Shown here piece after piece: positions 1-10,300 of a stretch of 64,000 nucleotides of DNA. How positions within the stretch are numbered: the stretch's first letter is position 1; the number at the start of each line of letters is the position of its first letter. A program made the translations under genes and the position numbers. The stretch comes from Lingula anatina (lineage: Eukaryota > Animalia > Brachiopoda), in NCBI GenBank assembly GCA_051362555.1, contig JBPQGU010000016.1:3596001-3660000 (forward strand), read 5' to 3'. Under the pieces are notes generated by a model. The model ran no database searches, was not told the DNA's origin, and was given only the letters and a program-made list of their open reading frames with translations.

Positions 1-171
1 TCTCAGAGCTTATTTTTGGATCATCTTTAAAGCTAGAATTGAGGGCCTTCATGAAGTGACCCGGGCGCGTTTCCACATTTTTTATGAATGACAGATGTGG
101 TAGATTGATTTTCGTCACTTTTTGGAAAAATCGGAGACGGGTCGATTTTTGGTGATTTTGAGTGATTTTGA

Positions 172-187
172 ACAGTGCCGGCACTGT
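172..187. other. Perfect 16-bp palindrome in the satellite monomer (first copy shown)
   Basis: ACAGTGCCGGCACTGT equals its own reverse complement and is present in most monomers. Confidence 0.95.
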
Positions 188-673
188 GAGATTTCTTCAA
201 TTTTGGCCAGGTAGGGATGAAAAATTTTTTTCTTCATTATAGTGTCAGGTAGGTGTGTTCGGTCATTTGTAGTAAGAATAAAGTGCTGGAAGAGTGGTGG
301 TGTCAACATTAAGGAAGAAATAGAGCAAAAACTCTGTCTCCCCCCCCCTCTCAGATTCTGTTCTCAGAGCTTATTTTTGGATCATCTTTAAAGCTAGAAT
401 TGAGGGCCTTCATGAAGTGACCCGGGCGCGTTTCCACATTTTTTATGAATGACAGATGTGGTAGATTGATTTTCGTCACTTTTTGGAAAAATCGGAGACG
501 GGTCGATTTTTGGTGATTTTGAGTGATTTTGAACAGTGCCGGCACTGTGAGATTTCTTCAATTTTGGCCAGGTAGGGATGAAAAATTTTTTTCTTCATTA
601 TAGTGTCAGGTAGGTGTGTTCGGTCATTTGTAGTAAGAATAAAGTGCTGGAAGAGTGGTGGTGTCAACATTAA

Positions 674-694
674 AGCAATAATAACTCTTCCTTT
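674..694 (+). repeat. Left terminal inverted repeat of element copy 1
   Basis: AGCAATAATAACTCTTCCTTT pairs with 1282-1302, with a 13-bp perfect core ATAATAACTCTTC. Confidence 0.9.
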
Positions 695-1134
695 GAGATT
701 CAAAAATCCGCATGAAATACATTGTAAAAAACGCATGGAAATATATTCTATTGTATTTTACCACTAAAACGGCCGTTATTGTAGGAAAACTAAAATCTGT
801 GCTTGTCAATAGGGCTTACGATGCCTTTTTTCCGGTCGACAAGTGCATTCGTTGCTAATGACGTAATGGTGTCACGCGGATTCTCGCGTTCATTCGAGAC
901 CAAAATAACATGGCGCCAAACGCATTAGTGCAGACGCAGACGTAAGTTGCGAGTTTTTGTACAGTGCGTCGGATAACGAAAAGCCCAGAATGGCACACAT
1001 TGTGGATATAAATGCATTTTTAACAAAAAGACGAATATATCTCATGAATCTTATATAGTGTTGTTGTTGTCTGCTTTTCCCGCGGTTTTAAGTAGGTCAC
1101 AAGTGACTTTGCAATGTCAGAGAGAGCTCCGTCA

Positions 1135-1160
1135 GTTAAAATCTCTTAAGAGATTTTAAC
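1135..1160. other. Perfect 26-bp palindrome inside the element (also 31514-31539)
   Basis: GTTAAAATCTCTTAAGAGATTTTAAC equals its own reverse complement. Confidence 0.95.
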
Positions 1161-1281
1161 AAAAAACCGTACGTTTAGGAAAAAAACCCTGGTTTAACTT
1201 TGAATGCAGGAATGGGGTCGTTGGCCATTGGTAAGTACGGGAAAATTGCCGTTTTTTCCAGGAAAATCCAATTTTTGGCCA

Positions 1282-1302
1282 AAACGAAGAGTTATTATGA
1301 CT
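1282..1302 (-). repeat. Right terminal inverted repeat of element copy 1
   Basis: aaacgaagagttattatgact immediately precedes the duplicated TTAA. Confidence 0.9.
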
Positions 1303-4300
1303 TTAAGGAAGAAATAGAGCAAAAACTCTGTCTCCCCCCCCCTCTCAGATTCTGTTCTCAGAGCTTATTTTTGGATCATCTTTAAAGCTAGAATTGAGGG
1401 CCTTCATGAAGTGACCCGGGCGCGTTTCCACATTTTTTATGAATGACAGATGTGGTAGATTGATTTTCGTCACTTTTAGGAAAAATCGGAGACGGGTCGA
1501 TTTTTGGTGATTTTGAGTGATTTTGAACAGTGCCGGCACTGTGAGATTTCTTCAATTTTGGCCAGGTAGGGATGAAAAATTTTTTTCTTCATTATAGTGT
1601 CAGGTAGGTGTGTTCGGTCATTTGTAGTAAGAATAAAGTGCTGGAAGAGTGGTGGTGTCAACATTAAGGAAGAAATAGAGCAAAAACTCTGTCTCCCCCC
1701 CCCCTCTCAGATTCTGTTCTCAGAGCTTATTTTTGGATCATCTTTAAAGCTAGAATTGAGGGCCTTCATGAAGTGACCCGGGCGCGTTTCCACATTTTTT
1801 ATGAATGACAGATGTGGCAGATTGATTTTTGTCACTTTTTGGAAAAATCGGAGACGGGTCGATTTTTGGTGATTTTGAGTGATTTTGAACAGTGCCGGCA
1901 CTGTGAGATTTCTTCAATTTTGGCCAGGTAGGGATGAAAAATTTTTTTCTTCATTATAGTGTCAGGTAGGTGTGTTCGGTCATTTGTAGTAAGAATAAAG
2001 TGCTGGAAGAGTGGTTGTGTCAACATTAAGGAAGAAATAGAGCAAAAACTCTGTCTCCCCCCCCCCTCTCAGATTCTGTTCTCAGAGCTTATTTTTGGAT
2101 CATCTTTAAAGCTAGAATTGAGGGCCTTCATGAAGTGACCCGGGCGCGTTTCCACATTTTTTATGAATGACAGATGTGGTAGATTGATTTTCGTCACTTT
2201 TTGGAAAAATCGGAGACGGGTCGATTTTTGGTGATTTTGAGTGATTTTGAACAGTGCCGGCACTGTGAGATTTCTTCAATTTTGGCCAGGTAGGGATGAA
2301 AAATTTTTTTCTTCATTATAGTGTCAGGTAGGTGTGTTCGGTCATTTGTAGTAAGAATAAAGTGCTGGAAGAGTGGTGGTGTCAACATTAAGGAAGAAAT
2401 AGAGCAAAAACTCTGTCTCCCCCCCCTCTCAGATTCTGTTCTCAGAGCTTATTTTTGGATCATCTTTAAAGCTAGAATTGAGGGCCTTCATGAAGTGACC
2501 CGGGCGCGTTTCCACATTTTTTATGAATGACAGATGTGGTAGATTGATTTTCGTCACTTTTTGGAAAAATCGGAGACGGGTCGATTTTTGGTGATTTTGA
2601 GTGATTTTGAACAGTGCCGGCACTGTGAGATTTCTTCAATTTTGGCCAGGTAGGGATGAAAAATTTTTTTCTTCATTATAGTGTCAGGTAGGTGTGTTCT
2701 GTCATTTGTAGTAAGAATAAAGTGCTGGAAGAGTGGTGGTGTCAACATTAAGGAAGAAATAGAGCAAAAACTCTGTCTCCCCCCCCCTCTCAGATTCTGT
2801 TCTCAGAGCTTATTTTTGGATCATCTTTAAAGCTAGAATTGAGGGCCTTCATGAAGTGACCCGGGCGCGTTTCCACATTTTTTATGAATGACAGATGTGG
2901 TAGATTGATTTTCGTCACTTTTTGGAAAAATCGGAGACGGGTCGATTTTTGGTGATTTTGAGTGATTTTGAACAGTGCCGGCACTGTGAGATTTCTTCAA
3001 TTTTGGCCAGGTAGGGATGAAAAATTTTTTTCTTCATTATAGTGTCAGGTAGGTGTGTTCGGTCATTTGTAGTAAGAATAAAGTGCTGGAAGAGTGGTGG
3101 TGTCAACATTAAGGAAGAAATAGAGCAAAAACTCTGTCTCCCCCCCCCTCTCAGATTCTGTTCTCAGAGCTTATTTTTGGATCATCTTAAAAGCTAGAAT
3201 TGAGGGCCTTCATGAAGTGACCCGGGCGCGTTTCCACATTTTCTATGAATGACAGATGTGGTAGATTGATTTTCGTCACTTTTTGGAAAAATCGGAGACG
3301 GGTCGATTTTTGTTGATTTTGAGTGATTTTGAACAGTGCCGGCACTGTGAGATTTCTTCAATTTTGGCCAGGTAGGGATGAAAAATTTTTTTCTTCATTA
3401 TAGTGTCATGTAGGTGTGTTCGGTCATTTGTAGTAAGAATAAAGTGCTGGAAGAGTGGTGGTGTCAACATTAAGGAAGAAATAGAGCAAAAACTCTGTCT
3501 CCCCCCGACTCTCAGATTCTGTTCTCAGAGCTTATTTTTGGATCATCTTTAAAGCTAGAATTGAGGGCCTTCATGAAGTGACCCAGGCGCGTTTCCACAT
3601 TTTTTATGAATGACAGATGTGGTAGATTGATTTTCGTCACTTTTTGGAAAAATCGGAGACGGGTCGATTTTTGGTGATTTTGAGTGATTTTGAACAGTGC
3701 CGGCACTGTGAGATTTCTTCAATTTTGGCCAGGTAGGGATGAAAAATTTTTTTCTTCATTATAGTGTCAGGTAGGTGTGTTCGGTCATTTGTAGTAAGAA
3801 TAAAGTGCTGGAAGAGTGGTGGTGTCAACATTAAGGAAGAAATAGAGCAAAAACTCTGTCTCCCCCCCCCTCTCAGATTCTGTTCTCAGAGCTTATTTTT
3901 GGATCATCTTTAAAGCTAGAATTGAGGGCCTTCATGAAGTGACCCGGGCGCGTTTCCACATTTTTTATGAATGACAGATGTGGTAGATTGATTTTCGTCA
4001 CTTTTTGGAAAAATCGGAGACGGGTCGATTTTTGGTGATTTTGAGTGATTTTGAACAGTGCCGGCACTGTGAAATTTCTTCAATTTTGGCCAGGTAGGGA
4101 TGAAAAATTTTTTTCTTCATTATAGTGTCAGGTAGGTGTGTTCGGTCATTTGTAGTAAGAATAAAGTGCTGGAAGAGTGGTGGTGTCAACATTAAGGAAG
4201 AAATAGAGCAAAAACTCTGTCTCCCCCCCCCTCTCAGATTCTGTTCTCAGAGCTTATTTTTGGATCATCTTTAAAGCTAGAATTGAGGGCCTTCATGAAG

Positions 4301-7300
4301 TGACCCGGGCGCGTTTCCACATTTTTTATGAATGACAGATGTGGTAGATTGATTTTCGTCACTTTTTGGAAAAATCGGAGACGGGTCGATTTTTGGTGAT
4401 TTTGAGTGATTTTGAACAGTGCCGGCACTGTGAGATTTCTTCAAATTTGGCCAGGTAGGGATGAAAAATTTTTTTCTTCATTTTAGTGTCAGGTAGGTGT
4501 GTTCGGTCATTTGTAGTAAGAATAAAGTGCTGGAAGAGTGGTGGTGTCAACATTAAGGAAGAAATAGAGCAAAAACTCTGTCTCCCCCCCCCTCTCAGAT
4601 TCTGTTCTCAGAGCTTATTTTTGGATCATCTATAAAGCTAGAATTGAGGGCCTTCATGAAGTGACCCGGGCGCGTTTCCACATTTTTTATGAATGACAGA
4701 TGTGGTAGATTGATTTTCGTCACTTTTTGGAAAAATCGGAGACGGGTCGATTTTTGGTGATTTTGAGTGATTTTGAACAGTGCCGGCACTGTGAGATTTC
4801 TTCAATTTTGGCCAGGTAGGGATGAAAAATTTTTTTCTTCATTATAGTGTCATGTAGGTGTGTTCGGTCATTTGTAGTAAGAATAAAGTGCTGGAAGAGT
4901 GGTGGTGTCAACATTAAGGAAGAAATAGAGCAAAAACTCTGTCTCCCCCCCCCTCTCAGATTCTGTTCTCAGAGCTTATTTTTGGATCATCTTTAAAGCT
5001 AGAATTGAGGGCCTTCATGAAGTGACCCGGGCGCGTTTCCACATTTTTTATGAATGACAGATGTGGTAGATTGATTTTCGTCACTTTTTGGAAAAATCGG
5101 AGATGGGTCGATTTTTGGTGATTTTGAGTGATTTTGAACAGTGCCGGCACTGTGAGATTTCTTCAATTTTGGCCAGGTAGGGATGAAAAATTTTTTTCTT
5201 CATTATAGTGTCAGGTAGGTGTGTTCGGTCATTTGTAGTAAGAATAAAGTGCTGGAAGAGTGGTGGTGTCAACATTAAGGAAGAAATAGAGCAAAAACTC
5301 TGTCTCCCCCCCCCTCTCAGATTCTGTTCTCAGAGCTTATTTTTGGATCATCTTTAAAGCTAGAATTGAGGGCCTTCATGAAGTGACCCGGGCGCGTTTC
5401 CACATTTTTTATGAATGACAGATGTGGTAGATTGATTTTCGTCACTTTTTGGAAAAATCGGAGACGGGTCGATTTTTGGTGATTTTGAGTGATTTTGAAC
5501 AGTGCCGGCACTGTGAGATTTCTTCAATTTTGGCCAGGTAGGGATGAAAAATTTTTTTCTTCATTATAGTGTCAGGTAGGTGTGTTCGGTCATTTGTAGT
5601 AAGAATAAAGTGCTGGAAGAGTGGTGGTGTCAACATTAAGGAAGAAATAGAGCAAAAACTCTGTCTCCCCCCCCCCCCTCTCAGATTCTGTTCTCAGAGC
5701 TTATTTTTGGATCATCTTTAAAGCTAGAATTGAGGGCCTTCATGAAGTGACCTGGGCGCGTTTCCACATTTTTTATGAATGACAGATGTGGTAGATTGAT
5801 TTTCGTCACTTTTTGGAAAAATCGGAGACGGGTCGATTTTTGGTGATTTTGAGTGATTTTGAACAGTGCCGGCACTGTGAGATTTCTTCAATTTTGGCCA
5901 GGTAGGGATGAAAAATTTTTTTCTTCATTATAGTGTCAGGTAGGTGTGTTCGGTCATTTGTAGTAAGAATAAAGTGCTGGAAGAGTGGTGGTGTCAACAT
6001 TAAGGAAGAAATAGAGCAAAAACTCTGTCTCCCCCCCCCTCTCTCAGATTCTGTTCTCAGAGCTTATTTTTGGATCATCTTTAAAGCTAGAATTGAGGGC
6101 CTTCATGAAGTGACCCGGGCGCGTTTCCACATTTTTTATGAATGACAGATGTGGTAGATTGATTTTCGTCACTTTTTGGAAAAATCGGAGACGGGTCGAT
6201 TTTTGGTGATTTTGAGTGATTTTGAACAGTGCCGGCACTGTGAGATTTCTTCAATTTTGGCCAGGTAGGGATGAAAAATTTTTTTCTTCATTATAGTGTC
6301 AGGTAGGTGTGTTCGGTCATTTGTAGTAAGAATAAAGTGCTGGAAGAGTGGTGGTGTCAACATTAAGGAAGAAATAGAGCAAAAACTCTGTCTCCCCCCC
6401 CCTCTCAGATTCTGTTCTCAGAGCTTATTTTTGGATCATCTTTAAAGCTAGAATTGAGGGCCTTCATGAAGTGACCCGGGCGCGTTTCCACATTTTTTAT
6501 GAATGACAGATGTGGTAGATTGATTTTCGTCACTTTTTGGAAAAATCGGAGACGGGTCGATTTTTGGTGATTTTGAGTGATTTTGAACAGTGCCGGCACT
6601 GTGAGATTTCTTCAATTTTGGCCAGGTAGGGATGAAAAATTTTTTTCTTCATTATAGTGTCAGGTAGGTGTGTTCGGTCATTTGTAGTAAGAATAAAGTG
6701 CTGGAAGAGTGGTGGTGTCAACATTAAGGAAGAAATAGAGCAAAAACTCTGTCTCCCCCCCCCCTCTCAGATTCTGTTCTCAGAGCTTATTTTTGGATCA
6801 TCTTTAAAGCTAGAATTGAGGGCTTTCATGAAGTGACCCGGGCGCGTTTCCACATTTTTTATGAATGACAGATGTGGTAGATTGATTTTCGTCACTTTTT
6901 GGAAAAATCGGAGACGGGTCGATTTTTGGTGATTTTGAGTGATTTTGAACAGTGCCGGCACTGTGAGATTTCTTCAATTTTGGCCAGGTAGGGATGAAAA
7001 ATTTTTTTCTTCATTATAGTGTCAGGTAGGTGTGTTCGGTCATTTGTAGTAAGAATAAAGTGCTGGAAGAGTGGTGGTGTCAACATTAAGGAAGAAATAG
7101 AGCAAAAACTCTGTCTCCCCCCCCCTCTCAGATTCTGTTCTCAGAGCTTATTTTTGGATCATCTTTAAAGCTAGAATTGAGGGCCTTCATGAAGTGACCC
7201 GGGCGCGTTTCCACATTTTTTATGAATGACAGATGTGGTAGATTGATTTTCGTCACTTTTTGGAAAAATCGGAGACGGGTCGATTTTTGGTGATTTTGAG

Positions 7301-10300
7301 TGATTTTGAACAGTGCCGGCACTGTGAGATTTCTTCAATTTTGGCCAGGTAGGGATGAAAAATTTTTTTCTTCATTATAGTGTCAGGTAGGTGTGTTCGG
7401 TCATTTGTAGTAAGAATAAAGTGCTGGAAGAGTGGTGGTATCAACATTAAGGAAGAAATAGAGCAAAAACTCTGTCTCCCCCCCCCTCTCTCAGATTCTG
7501 TTCTCAGAGCTTATTTTTGGATCATCTTTAAAGCTAGAATTGAGGGCCTTCATGAAGTGACCCGGGCGCGTTTCCACATTTTTTATGAATGACAGATGTG
7601 GTAGATTGATTTTCATCACTTTTTGGAAAAATCGGAGACGGGTCGATTTTTGGTGATTTTGAGTGATTTTGAACAGTGCCGGCACTGTGAGATTTCTTCA
7701 ATTTTGGCCAGGTAGGGATGAAAAATTTTTTTCTTCATTATAGTGTCAGGTAGGTGTGTTCGGTCATTTGTAGTAAGAATAAAGTGCTGGAAGAGTGGTG
7801 GTGTCAACATTAAGGAAGAAATAGAGCAAAAACTCTGTCTCCCCCCCCCTCTCAGATTCTGTTCTCAGAGCTTATTTTTGGATCATCTTTAAAGCTAGAA
7901 TTGAGGGCCTTCATGAAGTGACCCGGGCGCGTTTCCACATTTTTTATGAATGACAGATGTGGTAGATTGATTTTCGTCACTTTTTGGAAAAATCGGAGAC
8001 GGGTCGATTTTTGGTGATTTTGAGTGATTTTGAACAGTGCCGGCACTGTGAGATTTCTTCAATTTTGGCCAGGTAGGGATGAAAAATTTTTTTCTTCATT
8101 ATAGTGTCAGGTAGGTGTGTTCGGTCATTTGTAGTAAGAATAAAGTGCTGGAAGAGTGGTGGTATCAACATTAAGGAAGAAATAGAGCAAAAACTCTGTC
8201 TCCCCCCCCCTCTCTCAGATTCTGTTCTCAGAGCTTATTTTTGGATCATCTTTAAAGCTAGAATTGAGGGCCTTCATGAAGTGACCCGGGCGCGTTTCCA
8301 CATTTTTTATGAATGACAGATGTGGTAGATTGATTTTCGTCACTTTTTGGAAAAATCGGAGACGGGTCGATTTTTGGTGATTTTGAGTGATTTTGAACAG
8401 TGCCGGCACTGTGAGATTTCTTCAATTTTGGCCAGGTAGGGATGAAAAATTTTTTTCTTCATTATAGTGTCAGGTAGGTGTGTTCGGTCATTTGTAGTAA
8501 GAATAAAGTGCTGGAAGAGTGGTGGTATCAACATTAAGGAAGAAATAGAGCAAAAACTCTGTCTCCCCCCCCCTCTCTCAGATTCTGTTCTCAGAGCTTA
8601 TTTTTGGATCATCTTTAAAGCTAGAATTGAGGGCCTTCATGAAGTGACCCGGGCGCGTTTCCACATTTTTTATGAATGACAGATGTGGTAGATTGATTTT
8701 CGTCACTTTTTGGAAAAATCGGAGACGGGTCGATTTTTGGTGATTTTGAGTGATTTTGAACAGTGCCGGCACTGTGAGATTTTTTCAATTTTGGCCAGGT
8801 AGGGATGAAAAATTTTTTTCTTCATTATAGTGTCAGGTAGGTGTGTTCGGTCATTTGTAGTAAGAATAAAGTGCTGGAAGAGTGGTGGTGTCAACATTAA
8901 GGAAGAAATAGAGCAAAAACTCTGTCTCCCCCCCCCCTCTCAGATTCTGTTCTCAGAGCTTATTTTTGGATCATCTTTAAAGCTAGAATTGAGGGCCTTC
9001 ATGAAGTGACCCGGGCGCGTTTCCACATTTTTTATGAATGACAGATGTGGTAGATTGATTTTCGTCACTTTTTGGAAAAATCGGAGACGGGTCGATTTTT
9101 GGTGATTTTGAGTGATTTTGAACAGTGCTGGCACTGTGAGATTTCTTCAATTTTGGCCAGGTAGGGATGAAAAATTTTTTTCTTCATTATAGTGTCAGGT
9201 AGGTGTGTTCGGTCATTTGTAGTAAGAATAAAGTGCTGGAAGAGTGGTGGTGTCAACATTAAGGAAGAAATAGAGCAAAATTTCTGTCTCCCCCCCCTCT
9301 CAGATTCTGTTCTCAGAGCTTATTTTTGGATCATCTTTAAAGCTAGAATTGAGGGCCTTCATGAAGTGACCCGGGCGCGTTTCCACATTTTTTATGAATG
9401 ACAGATGTGGTAGATTGATTTTCGTCACTTTTTGGAAAAATCGGAGACGGGTCGATTTTTGGTGATTTTGAGTGATTTTGAACAGTGCCGGCACTGTGAG
9501 ATTTCTTCAATTTTGGCCAGGTAGGGATGAAAAATTTTTTTCTTCATTATAGTGTCAGGTAGGTGTGTTCGGTCATTTGTAGTAAGAATAAAGTGCTGGA
9601 AGAGTGGTGGTGTCAACATTAAGGAAGAAATAGAGCAAAAACTCTGTCTCCCCCCCCCTCTCAGATTCTGTTCTCAGAGCTTATTTTTGGATCATCTTTA
9701 AAGCTAGAATTGAGGGCCTTCATGAAGTGACCCGGGCGCGTTTCCACATTTTTTATGAATGACAGATGTGGTAGATTGATTTTCGTCACTTTTTGGAAAA
9801 ATCGGATACGGGTCGATTTTTGGTGATTTTGAGTGATTTTGAACAGTGCCGGCACTGTGAGATTTCTTCAATTTTGGCCAGGTAGGGATGAAAAATTTTT
9901 TTCTTCATTATAGTGTCAGGTAGGTGTGTTCGGTCATTTGTAGTAAGAATAAAGTGCTGGAAGAGTGGTGGTGTCAACATTAAGGAAGAAATAGAGCAAA
10001 AACTCTGTCTCCCCCCCCCTCTCAGATTCTGTTCTCAGAACTTATTTTTGGATCATCTTTAAAGCTAGAATTGAGGGCCTTCATGAAGTGACCCGGGCGC
10101 GTTTCCACATTTTTTATGAATGACAGATGTGGTAGATTGATTTTCGTCACTTTTTGGAAAAATCGGAGACGGGTCGATTTTTGGTGATTTTGAGTGATTT
10201 TGAACAGTGCCGGCACTGTGAGATTTCTTCAATTTTGGCCAGGTAGGGATGAAAAATTTTTTTCTTCATTATAGTGTCAGGTAGGTGTGTTCGGTCATTT

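Larger units (their letters stand above)
674..1302. mobile_element. Non-autonomous DNA transposon, Kolobok-type (629 bp), copy 1
   Basis: Unique sequence interrupting the monomer at ca|TTAA|gg, with TTAA duplicated (670-673 and 1303-1306). The left end AGCAATAATAACTCTTCCTTT matches the reverse complement of the right end AGTCATAATAACTCTTCGTTT at 18 of 21 positions. A TTAA TSD with purine-purine...pyrimidine-pyrimidine termini fits the Kolobok superfamily rather than piggyBac (usually CC...GG). No transposase ORF. Confidence 0.85.

Noticed and set aside
20-40. Monomer as a complete tandem MITE joined at CT-TTAA-AG
   Set aside because: The sequences on either side (AGCTAGAATT versus AGATGATCCA) do not form a terminal inverted repeat beyond the first few bases.
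1-361. Tandem 5S rRNA, tRNA, snRNA or spliced-leader RNA gene array
   Set aside because: I recognise no 5S, tRNA or snRNA sequence, Pol III boxes or convincing fold. An Rfam search would be needed to exclude a divergent small RNA completely.
674-1302. piggyBac assignment for the TTAA element
   Set aside because: The termini are AG...CT rather than the CC...GG typical of piggyBac, so Kolobok fits better.
476-1385. ORFs overlapping the element ends (476-736, 624-809, 1200-1385)
   Set aside because: They are short chance frames that cross the element-satellite junction and show no transposase features.
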